A DNA stretch of 63,420 nucleotides, the filler included, from Choristocarpus tenellus KU-1152 (taxonomy: Eukaryota > Protista > Phaeophyceae), in NCBI GenBank assembly GCA_964200185.2. It is 11 parts of 11 records of this genome, joined end to end, with 100 filler letters (N's around TTAATTAATTAA, not from the genome) between each part and the next. Parts side by side here need not be neighbours in the genome. Positions count along the whole stretch, not along the records: positions 48,738 to 54,965 come from CAXNAD020008632.1; positions 55,066 to 60,762 come from CAXNAD020009978.1; positions 60,863 to 63,420 come from CAXNAD020026787.1; 8 more parts are not named here. One strand, written 5' to 3'. Numbering within the stretch: the stretch's first letter is position 1; each line of letters starts with the position of its first letter. The notes under the pieces are model-generated. The model ran no database searches. It was not told the DNA's origin and worked only from the letters and a program-made list of their open reading frames with translations. The position numbers and the translations under genes were made by a program. Below, piece by piece: positions 52,737-63,420 of the stretch.

Positions 52737-54725
52737 TGCTTTCAGGTCAAACGGATTTACCAGCATATAAGTTGCAAGGCGTGTGGATCTAGTTGATTTC
52801 TTCATGTTTTCAAACGTACTGGAGTCCTACAAGTTAAGAATGTCTTTTTACCATACTCCAGAGAAGCGTACATCTCATGTTGTATTAATAAATAGAGGCA
52901 CTATTTTGTGTTTGCTGCGTTCTTTGGATTGTACTCCAGAAGTACTTAAGCACTATACCACTCATTGTTCCCCCCACAAAGCAACATCTGCAACAAAATG
53001 TACCCTCCTGTATCGAAAAATGCTTCAATCGTATGATCATTCGTAACAGGTTCGTGGCACATAGATACGTCATAGTGATGGGGCTCGAAATTATACTTTT
53101 TTCAGTGATCTGATGTTTGATATATTTTATTGGAAAAAGAAGTTGTCAAATGATAGGAAGTGATTTTCTAAAAACATTGTGCTAAATAAGAATGATTTTT
53201 TGGCTCCTTTCTCAATCTTTTGGCATTTCTCTGTGTGGGGGAACTGCAGTGGTTAAGAATGTGTAGACGAGATGAACAGGAAGCGTGCAGTGTTGAGGTA
53301 ATTTCATATGGCAGTAACTGACGAAATTCCAGAGTGGGTAAGATATAAATGTCAGCCAGGGATAAATAAATTGAAACGCACATGTTGTCACAATGCATAC
53401 TTGACCCAGTCTGGATGGTGTTCGTATATAGACAATGAGTGCTTGAGGGGATTGGAGAATCCGTCACTACATACTACTTCTATGGATCAATATTTCTGCA
53501 TTATTGTTCTGCTTGTCATCATGGCAGGTAAGGGTTGGGGAAGTGTACCTGACAATGTACTTGACTACGCGAGCGAAGGTGAAACTGACAAAGAAGGGAA
53601 TGAAAAACAAGATGGCGATATGGGAGACAACGAGGAAGTCAATGGTGATGTTGAGGTATTGATTGCAAAGTTTTCCTTCAATATCAAAGGAAGGTCACGA
53701 GTTTGGGGACTTCTTTCATAGGTATTGGTTAGCATTCCAAGCTGAGGGCTACATACCTTGTGGAGAAATACGACCTTGAGGGTGGAGATACTTCCTCCTC
53801 CCCTGATGAAAGCAAGCCAGCTATCTAGTATGACTTAAGCTGTGCTCAAGAAGGTGATCAAGACGTTACACACAGCAGCGGGTGTTGTAGTGCCCTACAT
53901 TAGATACGAAGATGAGATAAGTACCCACAAGAGGGCATAGTTGAAAATCACCAGTGAGATTAACTGCAATACCAGGAGGAGGTATAATGTGGCATGTAAC
54001 CAGTAGATGCAGACATAGTAGAGAGAAGCTTAGTAGTCTACCCGAACAGGGGAAGGTGAAGGAGGAGGTTATTTTGAGAGTTGAGTAAGTTGTGACATGG
54101 AATTATTTGCTTGCTCAGGCCACTTCAGCTGCATCTGAAACGCTCGTTCTCCTCTGATGGCAACACAGTCACCACCAAGCGCAACTGTCTCTCTGGGGAT
54201 GTAGTTGATGACACTGTGGTGCTGCACTCTTGTGGCGACAGGATGACATTTTGTAGGTCAGAAGAAAACATTGTGATGGTGGAGAAAGCTCAGCACCCTG
54301 TGCACTGTTTTTGCCACCTCCTCTGGTTGGAGGTCCTCATCTCTATCTACATCAGCTTAAAGTTGAGTGGTACATGATGTTGTTTTCTCTTTGTTAGCTC
54401 GTGTTGGACTTGCTTGTGTTACCCAGCGAGCAAAACAGGTACGTAACAATGAGGTGAAATTGCTGGGCCAAAAAAAATCGTGTTACAAGTCCAATTACAC
54501 GAAGATGTCGATACACGAGAACTCGCGAAAAGTCGTTGGCGCCAAGCTTTGGAAGGTACAAAACGGGGGACGTCGTGCTGATACAACTTGTACGACCTAC
54601 AGGTCGTATTGCCAGTCCGATTTGCATAGAGATGTCCATACACAAGCAATTGCGCAAAACCATCGGCATTTGGGTTCTCCTTGGCAATTACAAGACAAGT
54701 ATGTATCGGGTACAATTTAGTTGAT

Positions 54726-54920
54726 GATTGAAAGTTTCTTAGAGGGTATGATTCTTGCCCTGTTTGTCCGTTTGGGGCTTGGCTTCCCATGGGTTTTTTA
54801 TTACATTTTACCTATTCCGAAATGTTTTGGAGTAGGTAAAATGTGTAGGTTATGAAAAGGTGTATCTACAACAAGGGTATTGACACTTCCCAACAAACAC
54901 GATAGCCAAAATTACATCAA
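54726..54920 (+). mobile_element. MITE family A, truncated on the right
   Basis: Left TIR GATTGAAAGTTTCTTAGAGGGTA. Homology stops at ..AAATTACATCAA. Confidence 0.85.
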
Positions 54921-55093
54921 GGACCAGATTATCTGGGGGGGGGGGTGTCGGCGTCCTTTTTTCACNNNNNNNNNNNNNNNNNNNNNNNNNNNNNNNNNNN
55001 NNNNNNNNNTTAATTAATTAANNNNNNNNNNNNNNNNNNNNNNNNNNNNNNNNNNNNNNNNNNNNCCCTCCCAGATACTTTGAGCCATACTTT

Positions 55094-55356
55094 GGGCCAA
55101 AGTATCTCAGAGGGTACAGTCGCGTCCATTTGGGGACCAAAATCCGATGATGCAATTTTGATGTAATTTTATCTATGTATTTGTTAGGAGATATCAATAT
55201 CCTTGTCTGAATACTCCTTTTCATAACGTATACATTTTACCTACTCCGAAACATTTTGGAGTAGGTAAAAAATGTCAAAAAAAAACAAAACATGGGAAGC
55301 CAAGCCCCACATGGACAAACAGGACAAAATTCGTACCCTCTAAGAAACTTTCACTC
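55094..55356 (-). mobile_element. MITE family A, full length, TSD TTT
   Basis: GGGCCAAAGTATCTCAGAGGGTAC..GTACCCTCTAAGAAACTTTCACTC, with TTT on both flanks. Confidence 0.9.
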
Positions 55357-55499
55357 TTTGACTCAAAAATTTCTTAATGAGCCCAACTTACCTCTGTTGA
55401 ACCAGAACGGGTCTCATTGCCGAAATGATAAGGTATTGCTTTCACAGCCCCGAATTGATATAAGTTGAGCTTGCAAATTTATACTACCAACATTGAATT

Positions 55500-55762
55500 G
55501 AGTGAAAGTATCTTATTAAGAGAGGGTGCGAGTTTTGCCCTGTTTGTCCATTTGGGGCTTGGCTTCCCATGGTTTTTTTTGACATTTTCCTACTCCAAAA
55601 TATTTCGGAGTGGGTAAAATATATGCGTTATGAAATGGTGTATCCAGAATATGGATATTGACACTTCCTAACAAACACGATAGCCAAAATTACACCAAAA
55701 TCGCAACATTGGATTTAGGCCCCCAAATGGACGCGGCTCCACCCTCTAAGATACTCTGGCTT
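55500..55762 (+). mobile_element. MITE family A, full length, variant with a 5-bp insertion in the TIR
   Basis: GAGTGAAAGTATCTTA-TTAAG-AGAGGGT..ACCCTCTAAGATACTCTGGCTT. Flanks ATT/AAT are an imperfect match. Confidence 0.9.
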
Positions 55763-55836
55763 AATCACAGCAACGGAGTTGCCTGAATTTCCTCAAACTT
55801 AATGAAAAATTTATTTGAAAATGTTCCAACTCATTA

Positions 55837-56096
55837 GAGTGGAAGTATCTTAGAGGGTACGAGTTTTGCCCTGTTTGTCCATTTGGGGCTTGGCTTCCCT
55901 CAGGGTTTTTTATGATATTTTCCTACTCCAAAATATTTCGGAGTAGGTAAAATGTGTGCGTTATGAACACAGGTGTGTCCGGAACAAGGATATTGGCACT
56001 TTCTAACCTACATGATAGCCAAAATTACATCGAAAATGCAGCATTGGATTTTGACCCTAAATGGACGCAGCTCTACCCTCTAAGATAATTTGGTTC
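55837..56096 (+). mobile_element. MITE family A, full length, TSD TTA
   Basis: GAGTGGAAGTATCTTAGAGGGTAC..CTACCCTCTAAGATAATTTGGTTC, with TTA on both flanks. Confidence 0.92.
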
Positions 56097-56258
56097 TTAA
56101 AAAAAATGTGACATTATCCCCCGCTCCACCAAACTCCACCAAGGTCAATGGTTTCCAAGGCTGTACTGCCCCAAAAGACCCCCAAAACCTCGTTGTTGAG
56201 CCAGAAGACCGGCAAAATTTGAAGGGGCGTCATTCCTCGGCACTCTCTGTATATTGCC

Positions 56259-56379
56259 TCTCATCCAAGTGTATATTCTGATCTACGTGTATATTCTCAT
56301 CTAAGTGTATATTCTCATCTAAGTGTATATTCTCATCTAAGTGTATATTCTCATCCAAGTGTATATTCTCATCTAAGTG
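56259..56379. repeat. 18-bp minisatellite, about 6.7 copies
   Basis: Unit TCTCATCTAAGTGTATAT repeated head-to-tail with no spacers. Confidence 0.95.
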
Positions 56380-58571
56380 AAACAAGATATTGCCGTGTTG
56401 ATCTGAAACGTGTTCAGTTCGAAACAGCACTGCTGAGAATAGAGCACCCTAACCCTATGTCCACACAATGGATCAAGCAGAAGGAACAGCAACCAAACAT
56501 ATTGCAATTTTTTCATCTAGATACAGCCCCCAAGTGAAAAATGAAACAACAAATTGTCTTAACTGTTCCGATTTGAATTGAAACTGTCATACATGATGTT
56601 GAGGCAATAAGTCATTGGATATGACAGTCCTCTCTCTCTCTCAAGATGCACACAATATCAGTTGGTTGTTTAGTTGGTTTACAGTATGGTGTACTTGTTT
56701 GTGGCACAACCCCTGCTTCTTAAGAGTCAAACCAACTGAGAGGTACGCAGGGTTGCATTTTAAGGATCCTGGGAAAGGGAAAAAAATATGCAATTTAATA
56801 CAAATGCGGAAAGAGCCTTTGCTGAATTGTGGTGTCACCTTGTTTGTGAAAAGAGGGAATACCGATATTTGTGAAAAGGGGGGATATCGATATTTGTGAA
56901 AAGGTGGAATATCGATTTTTGTGTAAACTATTCTGCACAGAAAGAAATGGAATAGAGTGTATTGGACAGGGCAAGAAAGATTACTTAGAATGCAAAAAGG
57001 GTATAAAACTGCCTACCTCTCAATTGGTTAGGTTCTAAGTCAGTTCAAGCAATCAGCCGTGGTTGAGTAGGCCTGCAATGTCCTTCTTCATCCTAACTGC
57101 AATGCTAAAGAAGAGATTTATTCCATCTCCTTCCACGTGAGATGGCAACAACAAACACCATAGCCACTCAAACTTGGACAAACAAGGGATTTTTTTGGCC
57201 CCTTTGTGCAAGGCAGCTACGTATTCAAAGCACGCAATCCTGCTGCAAAGAACCTTCTATATTTTTGTTGAAACAACGGTAGGAATCTAAGTTTGAGCGG
57301 GATCCATGGTCCCATCCTGACCATTTTAGAGGGAGGGGGTGATGAGTGGGATGGTACCTCAATCAGCAAGCAGGATCCCAGACCAACCTGGAATGAGCGA
57401 CTGAGAACCTCTTCCCTGCAAAGAGCCAGCTCCTCTTTCAGACAACGGATTTGGTTCTCAGTGTCCTTGCCACCTGCAACAAACGCCTTCCTTGTTCTCT
57501 CTCGCTTTGCAATGTGGCAGAGGCATTTTTGTGCAAGAAAGAGGGGACTCGTATTTAACACAACAATTGCACTTGGTAAGATACATCGATGCTGCTGTTA
57601 CACTGCCCGAAGACAGAGGAGAGGATTGTCTATACAGAGACTTGTTTGGTGAACTAAAAAGTTGTACAGTCTCTTCTGCACATCAGAGCATTCCACAAGA
57701 CACCCCGTGCAGTCTCCTCCTACAACAGGGTGCCTCTACAAACCCTGCCCAAGAGTATCAAGTCAGAGAATTCCAAGGGTTAGCCCTCTTGTGAAATCAA
57801 CACTGGCTCTCCTTGAGAATCGGAAGACATCCTCCTGTGAAAAGTCTTGGACGCAAAACGGTCTGTCCTGCAATGTCTTGAACCTTTGTTCTTTCATCGG
57901 GCATGATGAGTAAGGTTTTGGCAACGACCTAATACCTTGCGTTCATGGTGTGGGGAGGTGTTTGTTTTCTGTTGCACTGATTGGGGCTTGGGGTCTACCC
58001 CATCAAACCTGTTGCAAGCTGATACCCATTGAAAGTCTATAGATGTAAATATATCCACAATATTCCTATATACCTGGTGCCTTCAATATGCTCCAGCAGA
58101 GTTGTGCTATTTGTCTAGATGAGATGACGAACAAGGTCTCATACCACACTCCACTTTTCTAGAAAAATTTCGACTGGATCGAAGAGAGTTAAGAAATTTC
58201 CCTTAAGTGAGAAGAAGATGAATACATGGGTTAGGGTTAGGGTTAGGGTTAAGCAACAATAATGGTCAATATGTGATCAACAATAATGGTCATCCTTGTT
58301 GCCCGAATAAATTGTAGGTCATTTTGCCTAGGATTTTGTCCTCAAGCAAAGGGTACTCTAGCACCTTCATTGCCATCTGCTCATCTCTCAAGTCCACGCT
58401 GAGTTCTTGAATAGAACGCTCTGCCTCAAGACGACCCTTTTCGCTTGCCTCAAACCTTTGGGTGCAGATTCATACAGCAAAAGCATGGAAGCCCATAGGG
58501 AATGAGAGTATACAGAAAATGCTCCCGAAGAGCACGATGAGCCGACACAACTGATGCATATCATTGCACTC

Positions 58572-58835
58572 GAGCCAAAGTATCCTAGAGGGTAGAGCCA
58601 CGTCCATTTGGGGCCAAAATCCACTGTTGCGATTTTGATGTAATTTTGGCCAACGTGTTTGTTAGGAAGTATCAATATCCATGTTCTAATCACACCTTCT
58701 CATTACGAATACATTTTATCTACTCCAAAACATTTTGGAGTAAGAAAATTTCATTGAAAAAAACATGGGAAGCCAAGGCTCAAATGGACAAACAGGGCAA
58801 AACTCGTACCCTCTATTAATAAGACACTTTCACTC
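58572..58835 (-). mobile_element. MITE family A, full length, variant with a 5-bp insertion in the TIR
   Basis: GAGCCAAAGTATCCTAGAGGGTAG..ACCCTCT-ATTAA-TAAGACACTTTCACTC. Flanks CTC/TTC. Confidence 0.9.
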
Positions 58836-58879
58836 TTCGAATCTCGTGTGCGAGAGCATGATCCAAACTCTATCGCTGG

Positions 58880-60762
58880 ATGTTGCACTACACATCTGAA
58901 TCATATTATGTATACCGCACTCCTTCTCCAAATGAACCTTTTCCTGATCGTGAAAATCTCAAACGTACTTGGGGCACCAAATGCACATGCACGTTCGAAA
59001 ACAATGGGAAATTGGAAGCAAAGGAAATCGGGGATATGGTTCTAATGGTGACGGACAAGGACGGCAAACCAACAAGAGTGGTTCTGGAGGATGTTCTATG
59101 GGTCCCAGGTCTACCATGCCGCATATTTAGTACTGGAAGTATACGACGGAATGGAGGATACTTTATGGACTCAGGAACAAAGGAAAGTTATTTGAGGGCC
59201 TCCAAGAATTCGCCCAAGATAAACCTACAAAAAATCGAGGGGGTATTAAAATTTAACCGGAACCATAATCAACATGGAAAAAGAATCGAGCCAGCGCTGC
59301 ACGAGCCAACCAAAAGCAGAGGCTGACATTAAAGGACTGGCATAACATATTAGGTCACATCAACCCTTCAGCTATCAAGCACCTCGAGAAGCGTGGACTG
59401 TTGGAGATCACCGATGCTACTGTGGCGTCAGAACTGCAATGCGAGACCTACAAAGAATGCAAGTCCGAGGCCCTAAGCTATCAACGGAGTGGCAGGACCC
59501 CCAAGCAGCCCGGCGAGGTTGTCCACACAGATTTGGTGGGACCTTTTAAAGCAGACATCACTGACTATCAATATTTTCAGGTGTTCGTCGATGAGAGCAG
59601 CAGAGGCAAGATGGTTTATGGATTGAAGACAAAAAACGCGGCGACGGACGCAACCGCTGCTTATATCGACCAGATGGCCAGGGAAGGTATACCGGTCAAA
59701 TGCATCAGTGGGGATGGTGCTGGCGAGCTTGGGAGATCTGTGAAGTTCCAAAGGATGCTGGCGAACAACGGTACCTGATGGAGGAAATCTCCACCGAGAA
59801 CACCACAGAGCAATGGAATCGCCGAAAGGGCGATAAAGTAACTCATGGGGGCAGCAAGGAGTCAACTGGTAAAAGCTGGGCTGGGCGACGAGTATTGGTT
59901 CTTTGCCATCACGGACCTTGCCTTCAAGACTGGAGTTTGCCACACGAATACCTGGGAGGAGAGACGCTATGCGAATGTCTAACAGGTAAATCCTTCAACT
60001 ATGATAGACTTCGGGCCTGGGGGAGCGAGTGCTATGTTCATCTAGACAAACAGCAGAGAGGGGCCAGCGCAAAGTTCCACCCATACGCCAAGAGAGGAAA
60101 AATAATGGGACACGATCGCACATCATTATGCTGGCACATCTGGCTTCCTCAAGAGGCCAAGTTGGTAACCTCAGCCCACGTGATGTTCGAGCCAGACAAA
60201 GACATCATGGACTTCGTGGGGGAGAGAGAGACCATGACTTTGACGGATGATGAAGAAATTTCTGATACTGAAGACGACTCTGATCGGGATTTCGATATTG
60301 CAGTCGATCCGATTCCCCTTAGTTCACCTAGTGGACAACGGAGGTCAGCCAGGATAGCTGAACAACCCAGGGTCGATTACAGGGGCTTACACTCTGGAGA
60401 TACAGAAGAACTTGGAAAGAATATAGTGAATCTGCTCAGATCAAGCACAGATGATGCATATTGTTTGATGGGCATGGCAGGTGACATCACAATAGGCCAC
60501 CAGGAGCCATCAACCATGACAGAAGCCCTCGCAGGGCCTGGTGCAGAACAGTGGAAGAAGGCAATGGAACAACAAATGGAGGGCCAACTAACCAAAGGAA
60601 CCTTCCGTGAGGGAGAGAGTCTGCCACCAGGGAGGAGACCCGTCAAAACCAGATTTATATTAAAAAATAAAAAGGACTGCACATGGAGACATCGAAAGAT
60701 ACAAGGCCAGGCTGGTGGCACGGGGCTTTTCCCAACAAGAAGGGGTGGACTACTTCAGCACG
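58880..60762 (+). mobile_element. Degenerate Ty1/copia LTR retrotransposon pol (protease end, GAG-pre-integrase, integrase, start of RT)
   Basis: VLEDVLWVPGL, WHNILGH, VVHTDLVGPF, FVDESSR, GDGAGE, TPQSNGIAER, LRAWGSECYVH, EPSTMTEAL..WKKAM and YKARLVARGFSQQEGVDY. Integrase precedes RT, which is the copia order. Stop at 59776 and at least three frameshifts. Confidence 0.96.
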
Positions 60763-60862
60763 NNNNNNNNNNNNNNNNNNNNNNNNNNNNNNNNNNNNNN
60801 NNNNNNTTAATTAATTAANNNNNNNNNNNNNNNNNNNNNNNNNNNNNNNNNNNNNNNNNNNN

Positions 60863-60936
60863 AAACCCCATGGGAAGCCAAGTCCCACAAATGGACAAAC
60901 AGGGAAAAATTCCTACCTTCTAAGATAGTTTCACTC
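60863..60936 (-). mobile_element. MITE family A, partial (contig start)
   Basis: CCATGGGAAGCCAAG..CTACCTTCTAAGATAGTTTCACTC. Confidence 0.85.
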
Positions 60937-61175
60937 AGAAACGAGGTGGAGATTGACCAAGATCGTTTTCTACAGTGGAAGAAAACGATTTGCTATTCCC
61001 GCTATTAGCACCGAAAGACTAGAACTGACAAAACAGCAACGTTTGTAGTATGGAAGGCAACCTTGTCACCACAGAATTACGAAGAAGATCCACAACCAAT
61101 CCTACCAAGCATCAACTATTTAATTTCGGTACAAGCCATTTCAGCTGTAGTTACGAACACAGGAGGCACACTCAC

Positions 61176-63420
61176 GGCTTTGATCCGTTGCAGAGGTTTC
61201 ATTTCAACAATCGTGGAGATGTTTGCCCTCAGTTGGCGGACGGGCCCCGCCTGTTGCTCGCCAGATGAAACCTTCTGCAGAAGTTGGGTCACCTCCGCCT
61301 TCCTCTCCTCATGGTGGCGCTTGACCCAGAACTCGTGCATACCGCACTTCTCGTATGTGAGCCTGTCCATTTCCCTGGTAGCCCGTATATCATTCACGTA
61401 ACGTCCGGAATTCAGGGCGATTTTGCAATAATCAATAAATGCGGTGCAGAAAAAGATGCTGATGGTGTAATTTACAATGCAGGGGCGCATGGCGACGTAA
61501 GGGTGGGCAGGAGATACGGAAAAGGAAAAAAAAAAACTCAACCCCAACTGCACAATTTACCGCCCTTTGGAGCTCTGATGTCCACTTCTTCTCCTTTGGC
61601 ACAATCTGCCTGGTGCGCGAGATAAGCATCTCAGACATGTGCGCGTCCGATTCGATCTCCTTGTGGTCCCTCGTTGTAGGAGGCTTCCCGTAGAACGACT
61701 TGTATCTGCTAAAATAGAATTGCCACGAAGGGCGTCAAGGAGAACGATGCACAGGTTATGAAGAGGAAAGGGTCGTCACTGCAGCAAATATTCATCACTC
61801 GATTGTCGTACTTCCTAAAAGACAAGAGCGCACATACATAGGCAACACACACTGTAGAATTACCAGAATACTACGAAGGCATTTTCGTTCGACACGACAA
61901 TGGCCGACTAAATTCGTCATCGTAGGAGACACTTATTTCACGCTCCTGTGCAATGTGCTGCGACCTGCATAAACTGTGCTTACTGCTGCCTACACGATAA
62001 AACACGATGTCGTTTTGACTTGTCTAGCTAGCAGTTGGATGCATAGCCCCTGCTTGAGAGAAGTGAAGCCGCGAAATTCCTCGGTCGTCAGATAGTTTAG
62101 TGAGATTGCATTGTGGTCAATTGTTGGCGACGAGGACTCACACACTTCCTTCAGTACCTTGAAGGACTCGGGTTGCAGGGAGTTTACGCCTTGCTGCCAT
62201 TTTCGTAGAGTTGTCTTCGACGGGGCAGTAACGCCCACCTTCGCGATGGGCAGAAAACGGAAAACATTATGCACACAGCCAGCGAGGATGAGGCATCTTC
62301 ATTACCACGCAAACTTTGTATATATATGTGGGGGGGGGGTTTCAGGCAACACCGTCGATAAAACAATTAAGAAATAATTTTTATTGCACGTCTTTGGTTA
62401 TCCACACATACATACTACATGGTCACCCGAAGATCACTAAGTTGGTTGACAGGGTATCTAAACGCGGGATAACCATCTCAACTTAGGTTGTATAGTTCGA
62501 CACAGGGATATCTCACAACAGCTGTAACCCAACTAGAAGAGGAGTAGAGCGCGACAATCCCACCAATGTCGACAACTCTCTCACCTGCTGGTACATTTTG
62601 TGGATATCTCCTATTGACACTTCTTTATTCTTCCTCTGTCGCTTGATAGCTTGTTGGAGCTTGTGCTGAAAATATATCTTATCGTATAACGTGTGCTCAA
62701 CCACACTCTCAGTCGCGTTGTTGAATGCTACAAGCATAGTGGTGCAGTGGGCGAACGGGACAAGGGTTAGGTGGGGAGCGATCGCGGGACACACGCGGCC
62801 TGCGGCACCGAGAAACTTGTTGCTGTGGACAGGAATACCACAAGGGATAAAAAAGATGAGCAAAGAAAAGATTCACAATGGGCTGACTGACAATGAACAT
62901 AGCAAGGGAAACTCGACAACAACTTCGTATATCAGAATAGTCATCTGGTGATCACGGAACAACGAAAACACTCAACTTACTTCGGCGCTGGGTTGATCAG
63001 AACGGCCAGGCGATTATGGAACAACGAAAACACTCCATCACCCACCGTTGGCAATTAGCCTCTCTTCTGTTTGGTCGAACTCCGTGTAGATTCGCATGGT
63101 GAACGCGTGCTCGGGATAAAACAATCTCTTCAGCACTGTTACTCGATGGTTTCCGTCCAAGACTCGCCCTTCAATGGCAAGGGCCATTTCGGCGTTCAGT
63201 TCATCCACATTACCCAAACTTTCTCTCTGGATGCAAACACTCGGGGCGAACTGTTCCAGCCAGCCTTTCTCTTTTATTGAATTAGCCACACGCGCAAGGC
63301 CATGCTCGCTCAAAGGACACACCATATCGGTGCATGTGACGTTGTGAGTTTCATCTTAAACATCCCCAGATAATGTTCATCCAATAGCCGGGACATGCCA
63401 GTAGGGGGTAGGTCCTGGCT
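61176..63420 (-). pseudogene. Intron-containing gene for a ParB/Srx-like N-terminal domain plus helical (HTH-like) region, mildly decayed. Exons 63420-63046, 62727-62585, 62238-62024, 61705-61561, ~61420-61176
   Basis: PLSEHGLARVANSIKEKGW..GRVLDGNHRVTVLK..EERLIAN|AFNNATE..TLYDKI..VSIGDIHKMYQQ|VGVTAPSKTTLRKWQQ. The first two introns are canonical and in phase. There is one apparent frameshift near 63345 and a damaged donor at 62023. Confidence 0.7.

Noticed and set aside
55066-56096. Repeats separated by unique DNA as a CRISPR-like or integron-cassette-like array
   Set aside because: Units are ~260 bp, in mixed orientation, each with TIRs and mostly its own TSD, and dispersed on other contigs. 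They are MITEs.
56259-56379. 18-bp repeat as a CRISPR array or an IHLDEN-repeat protein
   Set aside because: Units are contiguous with no unique spacers, there are no cas genes, and the context is eukaryotic. The ORF follows from the 18-nt period.
57217-57900. Coiled-coil-like exon (KRERTRKAF..LKEELALCREE) and neighbouring frames
   Set aside because: There is a plausible donor at 57387, but no clean acceptor and the adjacent frames contain stops. No gene model could be built.
9534-60862. Recurring TTAATTAATTAA inside N runs as a biological repeat
   Set aside because: The identical 100-bp structure with six-frame stops is an assembly concatenation linker. ORFs ending in XXXLIN are artefacts.
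63038-63325. ParB-like ORF as bacterial or plasmid contamination, or as sulfiredoxin
   Set aside because: It splices in phase to downstream exons and shares a contig with host MITE A. The motif is GNHR, lacking the sulfiredoxin catalytic Cys.

Overview
This window is eukaryotic nuclear DNA and is not one locus. It is 11 short contigs joined by ten artificial 100-bp linkers (44 N + TTAATTAATTAA + 44 N): 1-9533, 9634-12659, 12760-19159, 19260-22689, 22790-32242, 32343-39631, 39732-44727, 44828-48637, 48738-54965, 55066-60762 and 60863-63420. Adjacency across linkers carries no meaning. Short exons, 0.2-2 kb GT-AG introns and interstitial TTAGGG tracts suggest a stramenopile, probably a brown-alga-like ochrophyte (inference). 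Genes spliced by hand: a TFIIB-like factor, a cytochrome-b5 front-end-type fatty acid desaturase with a long hydrophobic TLC-like N-terminus, mitochondrial uL15, one CDK exon (PGTALRE), a tandem Tudor/MBT-like protein (possibly a USP N-terminus), CDC123, PFKFB and a coiled-coil protein. Most are cut by contig ends. Mobile DNA: a decayed Ty1/copia pol, a second copia relic, and 10 copies of a ~260-bp MITE with 3-bp target-site duplications plus a related ~180-bp MITE. The best candidates for something undescribed are two different decaying genes with a ParB/Srx-like (D/N)G(N/Q)HR motif, one clearly intron-containing, both in MITE-rich contigs, and the apparent TLC + cyt-b5 + desaturase fusion. 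All protein identities are from motif recognition by eye; no searches were run.
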